Below are positions 25,930 to 37,600 of a stretch of DNA of 64,000 nucleotides, piece by piece (positions within the stretch are counted from its first letter, which is position 1; the number at the start of each line of letters is the position of its first letter). The translations under genes and the position numbers were made by a program. The notes beneath the pieces are model-generated. The model did no database searches, was not told the origin of the DNA, and worked only from the letters and a program-made list of their open reading frames with translations. The stretch comes from a virus (Duplodnaviria > Caudoviricetes), in IMG/VR virus record IMGVR_UViG_3300031110_000007, positions 2,472 through 66,471 of that record. One strand, 5' to 3'.

Positions 25930-26794
25930 GAATAGCAATCCGGAATACTACGAGCAGGAAGAGCTTTGGGGAGGTTATCAATTTATCACTTTAGAGAAAG
26001 TTGTTAATGATTACTTATCTCTAAGGGATGACGATGACTATACATCGAGAGTCGGGAGGGATAAGATAATTATACAGGCTAAAAGAGGTATTAGGGAGTT
26101 GTTTGCTAGTGCCATGCATCAAATAAGAGGACAACAATTAACTTTAAGTGATAACTTAATGATTGTTCTACCACAAGATTATGTTAATTATGTCCGTGTA
26201 TCTTGGGTAGACTCAGACGGTATATTACACCCTATGGCCAGTAACAAAAATCTTTCTATGGCTAGGAGGTATTTACAGGATAATGTAGGAGGTATTTTGT
26301 TAGATAATGAAGGGTATGAATTTGAGGATGATGGAGGACAACAAGGTAACGGACTAGGCTATAAGAAATACGAAATTTGTTGTGATGATCATTATCATGG
26401 ATACAACAGTCATTTTAGACCAAATAAAGATTTTTCAAATGATTATCCAAATGGAAGTTTTAATATTGATACAGAGCGTGGGTTCATTAGATTTAGTTCT
26501 AATGTTAAATCAAGGGAGATTGTTTTGGAGTATATCTCAGACGGCTTATACATTGGTACGGATGCTCAGGATGAAAGAAATATTAAAATACATAAATTCG
26601 CAGATTCTTGTTTAAGGAGTTTCATATATTATGAACTGATTAAACAAAGACGAAATATACCTATGGGTGAAAAGGCTTTAGCTCGTAAGGAGTATTATAA
26701 TGATCTAAGATTGTTAAAGCGTAAAATGAACCCTATAAGGTTGGCAGATTTTATGCAAGCCTTTAAATCAGCTAACAAGTGGGTTAAGAAATAA
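25922..26794 (+). CDS. Putative tail ring/tubular protein
   Basis: LPQDYVNYVRVSWVD, LEYISDG; synteny. Confidence 0.6.
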   Translation: MNKNSNPEYYEQEELWGGYQFITLEKVVNDYLSLRDDDDYTSRVGRDKIIIQAKRGIRELFASAMHQIRGQQLTLSDNLMIVLPQDYVNYVRVSWVDSDGILHPMASNKNLSMARRYLQDNVGGILLDNEGYEFEDDGGQQGNGLGYKKYEICCDDHYHGYNSHFRPNKDFSNDYPNGSFNIDTERGFIRFSSNVKSREIVLEYISDGLYIGTDAQDERNIKIHKFADSCLRSFIYYELIKQRRNIPMGEKALARKEYYNDLRLLKRKMNPIRLADFMQAFKSANKWVKK

Positions 26795-26806
26795 AACAAA
26801 TAGGAT

Positions 26807-27064
26807 ATGATTAAAAAAATGTTAAATGGGAACGCTATGGTAGTTGTTTCTAAAAGAGAGGAAGTAACAAAAGGTGGGTTAATATTAAGTACAAACATTG
26901 AATCTAATGTAAAGAATGCTATTGTTAAATATAAAGATAACTTAGGTGTTACTGAGGTAGGAGATAATGTAACATTGCCTTTTCACTCAGGTGTTGAAAT
27001 GGAATACGAGGGAGAGAATGTTTTACTTATTAATGTAAACTCAGATATTTTATTTATAGATTAA
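26807..27064 (+). CDS. GroES-like co-chaperonin
   Basis: EEVTKGGLILS mobile loop, EVGDNV, GVEMEYEGENVLLIN..DIL. Confidence 0.8.
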   Translation: MIKKMLNGNAMVVVSKREEVTKGGLILSTNIESNVKNAIVKYKDNLGVTEVGDNVTLPFHSGVEMEYEGENVLLINVNSDILFID

Positions 27065-27065
27065 T

Positions 27066-30000
27066 ATGGAAGTAAAAAAGACACTCATACAGGGTACTAT
27101 GAACAAGGGGGTAGACGAACGCCTGCTTCCTGATGGTCAGATATTACACGCTGAGAATGTAAGGATTGTTACAACAGACTCCGACTCAGCAGGAGTTGCA
27201 GAGAATAATAGGGGTAATGAAAGACTTACCAATATGCAGTTAAAGAATGCTAAAACTATTGGTGGATTAAGTGATGGCAAGAATGGTAAATTATATTGGT
27301 TAATCTATTCTGAGGAAAAGGATTTGTTAATGGAGTATAACACAAGGACTAACGTACTTACTACAATTCTTGAATCGACTAGGGTTGGAGGAGTTTTGAA
27401 CCTTCACCCTAACTACCTTGTTACCGGAATAGTAAAATTGTTCAATGATGATTTCAATAAAGATTTACTGGCATGGACTGATGACCGGAATCAACCAAGA
27501 TGTATCAACATTGAAAGATGTAAAACATTTACACCTAATGGTTTTGAGGAGGAGGATATTAACCTCATTAAAAAACCTCCTATTTTCGCCCCTAAAGCTC
27601 AGATGACTTTTACAGCATCTACGAGAGAGAACAATTTAGAGAATAAGTTTGTTTCATTCGCATATAGGTATAAATATTTAGATGGCGAGTATTCAGCTTT
27701 ATCCTCTTTTACAAACTATGCATTCTCACCTAAGAAGTTTGATTTAGATTATCAGACTATGGAAAATATGGGTATGGTTAATAACTTCAACGCTGTTAGG
27801 TTAACATTCAACACCGGGAGTAGGAGAGTTACAGATATTGAGTTAGTTTTTAAAGAATCAAACTCAAATACTATTTTCATGATTGAAAGGTTTAAGAAGG
27901 TTGAGCAGAATTGGGATAATGATGTAGAAAAGCAATTTGTTTTCTCAAATAGTAAAATCTATACTACATTACCGTCAGATGAAATTTCTAGGCAGTTTGA
28001 TAATGTTCCTCGTAAAGCAAAAGCTTTAGATTATGTTGTTAACAGATTAATGATGGGTAATTATGTTGAAGGTTATAACCTAATCAATATGTATGGGGAG
28101 GACATTAATTTGGACTATGATGTATCAGTAGTTACTAAAAGTATACAAGGAACTCAAATACCTTTAACAATATCACCTGATAGATTTAACTTAAATTTTG
28201 ATTTAACAAATATTGAACTAAAAACTGACACAAGGTTAAACTTCTCATTAGAGTTGGAACAGATTGATATTACAGGTGTATTTCAAGGTGATGTAGATTT
28301 TATCTTGAACCGAGACTATACAGGAGCTGCTGACTTAATAAGTGATACAGATTTTCAGTTGTTTATAACTGATATTTTATCTAACAAATTTATTCAGGAT
28401 TATACAGCTACGCCACCTGCTAACTCAAACGTCCCGGTACTTACACCTTTTTCAATTGTTGGTGTGACAGGGAGTACTGTAACAATTGGCAGTCCTTCAT
28501 TGACTTACACAATAGATGATACACCAAGTGACCCTAACGATAACCAAACTCATGATGAAACTTTCAGATGGGGATTTAGAGGTACTTCAACTTTGTATTT
28601 TAAAAATGTAGCTGTTGACTCCTCTATGAAGTCAAATAGGAGTTATGAGGTAGGAATTGTTTACAGAGATAACTACGCTCGTAAAACAACCGTTTTAACG
28701 GACATTACGAACACGATCTATATTCCACAGGACTTATCTATCAATCAGAATAAGTTAAGGGTTAGACTGAATCATTTAGCACCTATGTGGGCTGATACAT
28801 ATAAGCTTGTAGTTAAACAAAACAAAGGAGAATACCAAACTATATATGCAAACGTATTTTATCAGGAGGGTATTTATAGATGGGTTTTGTTAGAGGGAGC
28901 TAACAAAGATAAGGTCAAAGAGGGTGATACATTGATTGTTAAATCAGATTTAAGTGGTTTTGTATCAAACTTAATTAAAGTTAGAGTTTTAGAGGTTAGT
29001 GTTAAACCAAGAAACTTTATAGAGGTTAATTATGATGTTGACGGTAATGAGATTGTTGAGGAACAAGGCTTGTATATGAAAATAAAACCTATTGGGTTTA
29101 ATATGAATTTTGATGCCTCTACATCAAGGTTATTTTTAGGCAGTCAAGGTCTTAGATATCCATCAAGATGTTTTACTAACCCTCAATTCGGACAGTATGT
29201 AAATGGCACTTTTGTTCCTTATAAATTAAAGTCAGGCTCTAGGATTAGGATTAACATTAAAGTAGAGGCTTTTGGTAAGATTGAGTTTGAACATGAGTTT
29301 GATAAACGATATCGGGTACAGACAGACTATGATAGTGTACAACAATGGTTTGAAGCGGAAGTACAAAACTTAGGACAGTTTGGTAAAGATTATCTTTGGA
29401 ATGGAGTTGATGATATCGGCCCAAATATTGGGGGTCAGGGAGCAGGTCAGGCAGATGCATTTAACAGGTATTCAGGATGGGACTTTACACCTAACGGAGA
29501 CGGGTTTTGGGTTGTGCCGTGGAGAAAGGGTACTAACTCTAGAAATATTTATACCTCAATGAGGTGGGAGGTTTTTTTCTCCGAAGGTGATGTAATATTT
29601 GAAACAGAGCCATTAGATACAACAAGTGAAATTTATTATGAAACTGAGCAAACTTTTAAAGTTGTTAACGGTCTGCATATGGGTAATGCTTCAAATCAAA
29701 CTAATAGTACACCCGCATTGGTAGATATGGATTCATTTAATTGTTATGTGCAAGGAAATGGAGCTGAGAGTTATAGATACAAAGATGTTAACAATGCTAA
29801 GTGGTTGAATATTGATTTGAGGCCTTCTGCTACATCTGTTGAGAGATATAAAGAGGTTCGAAGGTTTGCTGACTTAACTTATGGAGAGCCTTATAATGAC
29901 AGTACCAATATTAATGGACTAAATGAATTTAACTTATCAAGAGCTAACTTTAAAGATGATATTAGTAAGAAGTACGGGTCTATTCAGAAAATATTTGCTA

Positions 30001-31199
30001 GAGATAATGATGTACTTGTTTTACAGGAGGATAAGATTTCAAAGGTTCTTTATGAGAAAGATTTATTGATGAATGCAGACGGAACAAGTAATGTCACATC
30101 AATCAATAGGGTTTTAGGCAGGCAGATTCCCTATTTGGGGGAGTATGGTATTAGTAATCATCCGGAGAGCTTTGTGTTTGATGGGTTTAATATTTACTTT
30201 TCAGATGCTAAGAGAGGAGCTATTATGAGGTTAGCCGGAGATGGTATTAATGAGGTAGTAAATGGAATGGCTCAATTCTTTAAAAATAAGTTTAGGAATG
30301 AGGATTTCACAGCTAAGAAAGGAGGTTATGACCCACATTACGATGAGTATTATTTCTACGATTCAAAAGACCCAATAAACCCACCAACTGAGATAGGTTG
30401 TGGAACAAGGTTTGTAGAGAAAAATTTCTCAGGTTTGAAGGAGATAAATGTTAATTATGGGGTTGGTGAAGGTGAAGCATCATTTAGTTTTATGACAAAT
30501 GAAAAACCTATTAAGTTTACAGTTGACGTTGGTAACGATGTTTATGAAACAGGGTTCTATGGTTCATCTGAGTATAATGATGATCTTATTACTATGGGCT
30601 ACAGTCCGGTAGTTAGCGGAGGAGTTGGTAATTTCAGTTTTAACAAAACAAGATTAAACCCAAGAAACCCGCAACCAAATACGGACTTATCTTTAGCAAA
30701 GATAACTGTTATAGCTCCTTTTGTTGGTACAGATTTAGATATGTCTACTGTATGTCCTATTGATAATAAAAGAAACGTTGTTACAGCTATATTCAAAGGT
30801 AATGATATAACACATAGATATCAGTATGATACTTGGTCTAATTGGGGTTTATCGGGTGTAATTGGTCAACCTATTGAGCATAGCGGCTCATTTGAATTAG
30901 ATGGGCAGGTTTTTGAAACATTAACAGGTGTAGAGGGTGTTAACAGGGTTCCTAAATCAGGGTCAACTATTAAGATCATGAAAGGTTTTAAAGGTATGGA
31001 TATTATTGGTAAAGCTTTTTGGTTATTGACTGATATTCAGTATACTGAATCAGATATGCCAAATATATTAAATACAGCAATTGAAATTCCTTTAGGTATT
31101 GCTCTAGACTCGCAAGGATCACCTGCTCAGTTTGGGGATTTTATAATGCCTACATTTGATAAAAAATATTTATATATAATTTTCCAATACGATTATTAA
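27066..31199 (+). CDS. Tail nozzle/stabilization protein
   Basis: 1377 aa; MNKGVDERLLPDGQ...AENV, KYGSIQK, YGISNHPESF, YFSDAKRG, GGYDPHYDEY. Confidence 0.7.
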   Translation: MEVKKTLIQGTMNKGVDERLLPDGQILHAENVRIVTTDSDSAGVAENNRGNERLTNMQLKNAKTIGGLSDGKNGKLYWLIYSEEKDLLMEYNTRTNVLTTILESTRVGGVLNLHPNYLVTGIVKLFNDDFNKDLLAWTDDRNQPRCINIERCKTFTPNGFEEEDINLIKKPPIFAPKAQMTFTASTRENNLENKFVSFAYRYKYLDGEYSALSSFTNYAFSPKKFDLDYQTMENMGMVNNFNAVRLTFNTGSRRVTDIELVFKESNSNTIFMIERFKKVEQNWDNDVEKQFVFSNSKIYTTLPSDEISRQFDNVPRKAKALDYVVNRLMMGNYVEGYNLINMYGEDINLDYDVSVVTKSIQGTQIPLTISPDRFNLNFDLTNIELKTDTRLNFSLELEQIDITGVFQGDVDFILNRDYTGAADLISDTDFQLFITDILSNKFIQDYTATPPANSNVPVLTPFSIVGVTGSTVTIGSPSLTYTIDDTPSDPNDNQTHDETFRWGFRGTSTLYFKNVAVDSSMKSNRSYEVGIVYRDNYARKTTVLTDITNTIYIPQDLSINQNKLRVRLNHLAPMWADTYKLVVKQNKGEYQTIYANVFYQEGIYRWVLLEGANKDKVKEGDTLIVKSDLSGFVSNLIKVRVLEVSVKPRNFIEVNYDVDGNEIVEEQGLYMKIKPIGFNMNFDASTSRLFLGSQGLRYPSRCFTNPQFGQYVNGTFVPYKLKSGSRIRINIKVEAFGKIEFEHEFDKRYRVQTDYDSVQQWFEAEVQNLGQFGKDYLWNGVDDIGPNIGGQGAGQADAFNRYSGWDFTPNGDGFWVVPWRKGTNSRNIYTSMRWEVFFSEGDVIFETEPLDTTSEIYYETEQTFKVVNGLHMGNASNQTNSTPALVDMDSFNCYVQGNGAESYRYKDVNNAKWLNIDLRPSATSVERYKEVRRFADLTYGEPYNDSTNINGLNEFNLSRANFKDDISKKYGSIQKIFARDNDVLVLQEDKISKVLYEKDLLMNADGTSNVTSINRVLGRQIPYLGEYGISNHPESFVFDGFNIYFSDAKRGAIMRLAGDGINEVVNGMAQFFKNKFRNEDFTAKKGGYDPHYDEYYFYDSKDPINPPTEIGCGTRFVEKNFSGLKEINVNYGVGEGEASFSFMTNEKPIKFTVDVGNDVYETGFYGSSEYNDDLITMGYSPVVSGGVGNFSFNKTRLNPRNPQPNTDLSLAKITVIAPFVGTDLDMSTVCPIDNKRNVVTAIFKGNDITHRYQYDTWSNWGLSGVIGQPIEHSGSFELDGQVFETLTGVEGVNRVPKSGSTIKIMKGFKGMDIIGKAFWLLTDIQYTESDMPNILNTAIEIPLGIALDSQGSPAQFGDFIMPTFDKKYLYIIFQYDY

Positions 31200-31200
31200 T

Positions 31201-31956
31201 ATGACTGAGAATAAAGAGGTTATGACGGTGTCATACAATGAAACAATTAAAGGGTGGACTTCGTTCCACTCTTTTTTTCCTGACTTAATGTTAGGTATGA
31301 ATAATGAATTTTACTCATTTAGTAATGGGGATTTGTTTAAGCACAATTCAGATAATGTACCAAGGAATAACTTCTACGGTGTTCAGTATGACTCAAAATT
31401 ATCTGTTATGGTTAATCAAACTCCATCAACAATAAAAGAGTTAAAGAATATTTCATTAGAGGGTAACAAACCGTGGGGTGTTAAATTAAAGGCATACGTT
31501 AGGGATTTAGGAGACTTTAAGGAAAGTACAATACAAACATCAGAGTTCGTTGTTAAAGAAGGAATTTGGCATGCTTATGTAAGGCGAGACGAAAACCCTA
31601 ATCAACTTGATTCAAAGTCGGCTTATGGTATAGGGACAGTATCTAATATTACAGGCAATACTGTAACATTATTTGGTGGCAGTTCTTTTATCACTAATGG
31701 GGATGTTATAGCAAATGACAGTATGACTGTTTTAGGTGAAATTGTTTCATCAAATATTGACGGTAATGCTATTACATTGGTCCTAACAAGCACTGTAGGT
31801 ATTAATGTAGGAAACTTTTTGTTAGGTGTAAAAGATGCTAGGATTGAAGGAGGTAATTTAAGGGGGTATACTATACGAGTTGATTTAACAAATACCGATG
31901 TTGATAAAGTAGAGTTATTTGCTGTTAATGCAGAGATATCAAAAAGTTTTCCGTAG
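31201..31956 (+). CDS. Putative tail protein
   Basis: GWTSFHSF.P...NNFYG, DARIEGGNLRGY, VELFAV; follows the nozzle gene. Confidence 0.6.
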   Translation: MTENKEVMTVSYNETIKGWTSFHSFFPDLMLGMNNEFYSFSNGDLFKHNSDNVPRNNFYGVQYDSKLSVMVNQTPSTIKELKNISLEGNKPWGVKLKAYVRDLGDFKESTIQTSEFVVKEGIWHAYVRRDENPNQLDSKSAYGIGTVSNITGNTVTLFGGSSFITNGDVIANDSMTVLGEIVSSNIDGNAITLVLTSTVGINVGNFLLGVKDARIEGGNLRGYTIRVDLTNTDVDKVELFAVNAEISKSFP

Positions 31957-31971
31957 TTAACAATATTTTTG

Positions 31972-31979
31972 TATCTTTG
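31972..31979 (+). promoter_or_regulatory. -7 box TATCTTTG for the ejection-protein operon
   Basis: Consensus match. Confidence 0.6.
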
Positions 31980-31998
31980 TCAATAAGATTTTATTACA

Positions 31999-32409
31999 AT
32001 GGATATAGAAAACAAATTTAGATTTGAGGTATACCCTACAGAAAAGGTATATTCTGAAATTATTGAATGGTGGGGAGAAAGGGATTTTCCTATTCTCCCT
32101 TTATCATTTCTACCTAAAGAGTGTTTAATTACACATACAGATAAATATTGGACTCATGCAATATTTTTGTTTAAAACAGATTCAGAAATTTGTTGGACAG
32201 CATTCCCTGTAGCAAGTCCTTTTGTTGATAAGGGGGATAATGAGGGTGGATTAGAGGCACTATTTAAATTTGCCTCAGAATACGCTAAGAGTGAAGGGTT
32301 TAAGTATGTATTTACTACATCACCTTTACCAAAAGTTCAAAAGTCTTTGTTAAATGAAGGTTACATCCTCGGTGACAAAGACGTTAATCACTATTTAAAA
32401 ATTTTATAA
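31999..32409 (+). CDS. Putative GNAT-like acyltransferase preceding internal virion proteins
   Basis: 136 aa; EALFKFASEYAKSEGFKYVFTT pattern; position like T7 gp13. Confidence 0.45.
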   Translation: MDIENKFRFEVYPTEKVYSEIIEWWGERDFPILPLSFLPKECLITHTDKYWTHAIFLFKTDSEICWTAFPVASPFVDKGDNEGGLEALFKFASEYAKSEGFKYVFTTSPLPKVQKSLLNEGYILGDKDVNHYLKIL

Positions 32410-32410
32410 T

Positions 32411-33091
32411 ATGATAGCAACAGCAGCATTAACAGCAGTTTCTGTCGGAGCTTCTATATACGGAGGCATCGAAAAGAATAAACAAGGCCGAAAGATGCAA
32501 CAACAGGCTCAGAAGGAAATGGATAAATTCAAATGGGATGAGTTAGAGAATGCATTTAAGGATACACAGGTAAGTACATCAGGAGCAGACTTACAGAGAG
32601 AGGAAAGCGCTAGGACAGCATCAGGCATTGTTGACGCTCTTAGGACTGGGGGCTCTAGGAATATATTAGGTGGTATTGATAATGTTCAAAGTGGCATAAA
32701 TAAAGTCAATCAGAATATCGCAGTTGATTTAGATCAGCAGGATAAAGCAATTCAGATGGCTAAAGCTCAGGATGAACAGAGGATTAGAGATATGAAAGCT
32801 AATAGACAATCTAGGGAGCTACAAGGATATGGGGCTTTATACAGTGCAGGGATGGATATGAAATACTCAGGTATGGGTGATATTTCCTCCGGGGTAGGTG
32901 CAGCAGGTCAGGCAGCAGGTGCTATGGGTAATATCTTTAAATCCGGGAATGGTCAGCAGACAGGAGGTAGTAATTTTAGTCAATTTGACTTTACAGCTCC
33001 TCAGATCGTACAAAATCCAACAGCTCCTGATTTTAATAAGATTTATGGTGGTAGTATTTTTAACACAATTGGTAATAACTTTAGTATGTAA
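32411..33091 (+). CDS. Putative ejection/DNA pilot protein
   Basis: Hydrophobic Ala/Gly N-terminus, Gln-rich helix, Gly/Ala-rich C-terminus. Confidence 0.6.
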   Translation: MIATAALTAVSVGASIYGGIEKNKQGRKMQQQAQKEMDKFKWDELENAFKDTQVSTSGADLQREESARTASGIVDALRTGGSRNILGGIDNVQSGINKVNQNIAVDLDQQDKAIQMAKAQDEQRIRDMKANRQSRELQGYGALYSAGMDMKYSGMGDISSGVGAAGQAAGAMGNIFKSGNGQQTGGSNFSQFDFTAPQIVQNPTAPDFNKIYGGSIFNTIGNNFSM

Positions 33092-33093
33092 TT

Positions 33094-34635
33094 ATGACAG
33101 GAATAGGTGAAGCATTTTTAAATATACAACCTCCTAAGAATGATGGGTTAGCCTCTAGTGCACAGGGGTTAACTCAAATATTCGCAACACAGAGGGAGAA
33201 TAACGCTGCTAGGGCAGAGAGGGAGAAAGTACGTAAGGATAATGACATTAAGGAGTGGCAGAAAGATAATAAATTAAACTTTGATGATTTTCAGCAAAAG
33301 GTTTCAGGGTTTAATACATTTGATGATGTTGGCAGAGACTTTACTAACCAAGCTGTAGATAAATACATAGAGTATAATAACTTGGCGGATAAAGCTATGA
33401 AAAAAGGTGATACGGCTACTCAAAGACTTTATGAGAATAAGATGATGAAATTAAAAGGTTCATCAGCTCAGGTTAAAGATATGGTAGGTCAGTTTGCTAC
33501 ATTACATAAACAATATCAGGACATGGTTGATAAAGGTCAAATGTCAGGTGTTGATTTTGATACATGGGAGGCTGAGAACTACGCTGTAAATGCAAAGAAA
33601 TTTACAGTTACTTTTGATGATAATGATAACCCGGTTGTTCAGGGTGTTAAGACTTTAAACAATGGTGATGCAGAGCCTTTTACAATCCCTTATGACAAAA
33701 TGATGAATGGTAATTGGAGGCCTTATCAGAAAACAGACTTATTAGGTAAGGACGGCATTGTTACATCAGTTCTAGGTAGTTTGGGTAGTTATGAGAAAAA
33801 GACTGAAAAAGGGCTCATGACTATTAAATCAAAATTATGGACTCCTGAGTTGCAACAAGGAGCTGTAATACGTTTGTTACCTCTTGTTAAATCAGATGAA
33901 GTTATGGCAGATTTAACAAATCAATTTGACCCTACTTCTAAAAAGAGGTCAGGGTTTAGTGATGAAGAAAGAACAAATATGGCAAATAATTTAGCTGAAA
34001 TGGTTAAGACCGGATATAAAGAATTATATACTGAGGAGTTTAACAAAGACTTAGCAGCTCATCAAAGGGATTTAAGTAAGATTGATGAAACTAAAAGGCA
34101 TAATAAAGCTGTTGAGGCTAATACAGCCTTTAGTAATCAAACGTCTCGTCAGAACTCTAATGCTTATGTTAGAAAGTTAATGGCTGATGCTAAAAGGGAT
34201 GCTAATAATGACTTTAGTTTAGAGGTAAGTGACGAGTTTAAATCTAAAATACCTAATGGTCAATACTACAACTTTAACACTTATACATTAGGAGATAACA
34301 AAAAAGGTCAAATACAGCCTTTTGTTTTACCCGGTAGAAAGAATGCAGCGGGTGAGGCAGTAATGATTACAGCTCCTTCTGTTGATATTAGTACAGATAG
34401 TAATATTATGAAGCTTAGAGACTCAGAGGGTATGGAACATGTTATTACTCGTAAAGGCAGATTTGCTAATGTATTCCGTAGTATTGAAAGTCAAATGAAA
34501 AATAGAAAATCTGATGCAGACCCTACGGATGTTGCACCAGTAACACAATCACCTAACTCTCCTCGTTCTCCAACTTCATTAAGCAAAGGAGCAAGTGTAC
34601 AGGATGTTAAAAATCAATTTGGAATAAGTTATTAA
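33094..34635 (+). CDS. Putative ejection (internal virion) protein
   Basis: 513 aa, helical; synteny. Confidence 0.55.
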   Translation: MTGIGEAFLNIQPPKNDGLASSAQGLTQIFATQRENNAARAEREKVRKDNDIKEWQKDNKLNFDDFQQKVSGFNTFDDVGRDFTNQAVDKYIEYNNLADKAMKKGDTATQRLYENKMMKLKGSSAQVKDMVGQFATLHKQYQDMVDKGQMSGVDFDTWEAENYAVNAKKFTVTFDDNDNPVVQGVKTLNNGDAEPFTIPYDKMMNGNWRPYQKTDLLGKDGIVTSVLGSLGSYEKKTEKGLMTIKSKLWTPELQQGAVIRLLPLVKSDEVMADLTNQFDPTSKKRSGFSDEERTNMANNLAEMVKTGYKELYTEEFNKDLAAHQRDLSKIDETKRHNKAVEANTAFSNQTSRQNSNAYVRKLMADAKRDANNDFSLEVSDEFKSKIPNGQYYNFNTYTLGDNKKGQIQPFVLPGRKNAAGEAVMITAPSVDISTDSNIMKLRDSEGMEHVITRKGRFANVFRSIESQMKNRKSDADPTDVAPVTQSPNSPRSPTSLSKGASVQDVKNQFGISY

Positions 34636-34648
34636 ATTTAAAATAAAT

Positions 34649-37600
34649 ATGGCAGAATTAGATGAACAAAACATAACCCCCGAAACTACAGGGGGTTTTA
34701 ATCAAACACCACCGACAGGTGAGCCAACTCTATCTCAGGCTGACAGGTCTAAGTTAGATAGCATTGTTATGAGTATGGCTAAAAAGAATGCTTCTAAAGA
34801 GCAGGTACAGGCTATTGTATCAGACTTTAAAACAAAATATGCTAAGGTACAACCAAGTCCGGTAAAGACACAAGCCGTTCCAACAAAATCACCTTCCGGT
34901 TCGGCTGTTGGGAGATCGCCATTAAACGACACAGGTGAGTCAACAATTGATGTATCAGGGCTGAAGGATAAAAGAACTTTGATACAAAGTATGCAGGAGA
35001 AAGCAATATCTAAACCAAAAGCAGGTAAAGAGCAAAAAACATCAACTAAGTTTGATCAAAGGGTAAACAAAGTAGCTACACAACCCCCTGTTAAATGGAA
35101 TTCTAAAAAACCTATTGACCAAAAGGTTAAGGAGGTTTTTAGTGCAAACCCTAATAAAGTACAGGAAGGTGAGCAATCTTTAGTAGGTAACTCTGTTGAT
35201 AATTATATAGAACGTCATACACCTGAATACAAGTATATGTCAACAGCTTATGATACCCTTAATGCTCAGGAGGATGCAAAAGCTCAAAAAGATTTTATGG
35301 GATTAGAGGATATTGGAGTTAATCAACAAGATTTCAATATGTTCCTTAAAAACAAAACTTCTTATTTCAATTCTGATATTAACTATGATAGTGATGCTCA
35401 GAAAGAGTATGCATTAAACAGTTATGTAAATAAGTATATGGTTGATAGGGCATCATATTTGAAAGATAAATTTACCATATCAAACCCCGAAGGAAGGCAA
35501 AGGATCATTGATGAAAGTAGTACATTAGGTAAAAACTACGAAAACTTTAAGAAGGAGAATTTACCTGAGTACTATAAAGTTGAACAACAAAAGAAAGCTG
35601 AAGACTTACAGTTTTACAAAGATGTTAAAGCAGGTAAGAATATATTAGCTGATGCAGCAGGTGTTAGTAAAGGATTGATCAAAGGGGCTACATACGCTTT
35701 AGCAGATTTAGTTAGTACAGGCGCCGATATAATTGGTTTTGATAACTACGCTGATAAGTTAAGGTTTGAGAAAGGTTTTATTGATTGGATTGATAATAGG
35801 GGAACGGTTACAAACGCGACAGGTAAGAAGGTTAAGTACAATGGTAATGAATACCTTGTTACAGCAGACGGTAATGTAATTGATACACAAACTAAAACAT
35901 CAGTTAACAATATTACTAAAGCTGATGATTTGAATAATATTTACAAAATGTCTGAGGAGTCTAAGGACACAGATCATATTTATAGTGGTCGTGGTTATTC
36001 TTATGCTTTATCAAACACATTAGGTAACTTAGCGTTTCAGATCGTAGCAACAAAAGGTATTGGTGGAGCTGCTGCAAAGGTCGGCATCACTGAGGCTAAT
36101 TTAGGTAGGCTGGGTGCAACTATTCCTGAAATGGTAGCCGTTGGCTCAATGGTTGGTTCATCTACTTACAATGATACATTACAGCAATTAAGGGATGCAG
36201 GAGTTAAAGATGAGGAGGCTAAAATTGAAGCTGGGAAAGTAGCTGCTATAACATCAGCAGCAGGCGCTATTGCTACACGATTTTTACCAAATACTAACGC
36301 AAACAAATTGTTAAGTGAACTTAATACAGGTGATGTAATACGTAGGTCGGTAGCTGCCTTTGCTGAATCAGGTTCTAAAGGGGTTTCTGACTTCCTCAAA
36401 TCAGGCGCAAAGAATGTATTCTCAACCGCTTCTCACACATTTGAGGAAGGAGCAAAAGAAATGTTACAGGAGTTTATAGAAGGGGCAGGGCAGAAACAAG
36501 GTAATTACTGGGCTAATGCAAACTTAGATAAAGATATTCTTTCAACAGGTTATACAAGGCAGGAGATTTTAGATACAGCAATCTTATCTTTTGCTGCCGG
36601 AGGACTAGCAGCAGCGGGAGGTTCAATGAGGTCAGGTTCATTAGGAACTAACATTCAAGAGAACTTTGATATGTTAACAGCTATTGACGGGAATAAGTTT
36701 GATCAAGCAGGTGAGACTTTGATTAATAAGGGTCATTTAACAGAGGATCAATTTATAGACTTGAAACAGCAGGTTAAGAATTATAAGGATTTTAAGAATA
36801 AATTACCTGACAGTGTTAAAGGTAAAACTGCTGTGGATGTATCACAATTACTGGCAGAGAGGGAAGGGTTAAAGAGAGATAAGAAGAATCTTGATGAAGC
36901 TTTCCACCCTGAAATTGATTCTAAATTAGAAAATGTAAATAACAGGATAGTAGAAACGTTAAATAATAAAGTAAATGAAGAAACAACAACCGAAACCACC
37001 ACCGGACTTGATGAGGATCAAACGTCAGCCGAAAGCGAAGCCACCAACAGGGAAACCACGTATGGTAAAGAAGTAAAAAGACCTTTAAATGATGCAGAGT
37101 TAATTGATGCAGTTGAGAATAATAAACCTTTGTTCAAAGACCCTAAATTAGTTAATTATTTAAAAAGTGAATTTAATATATCAGACGAATTGATTAACGC
37201 CCTACCTCCTGATTTAAATGTTACTTTCTCAGCGTTAATGGGTAGAAAAGGTGATAGCCCTATAGGTAGAGTATTAACATCTGTTATAGCATCAGGAGGT
37301 TATAGAGTGCCTAGAGAAATGTCAGCGGATAATGATACAGGTGTCATTAATACAACATCGGGTTTAGGTGATATTCAAATGAACTTAAGTCATATGATTA
37401 TAGGTTCTGTATTTGGGGATCAAACAGCAGGTGGTAAGACATTGTTTCATGAGATTGTACATGCAGGATCGGTATTAACTATGGCGGATATTAGGGAGTA
37501 TATTAAAAATCCTGAGTATCAAAAATCTAACAAATACACACCTGAGCAAATAAAAGCTTATGAGAATATTAGTGATGTCTACAGGACTATGAAAAGGAAG

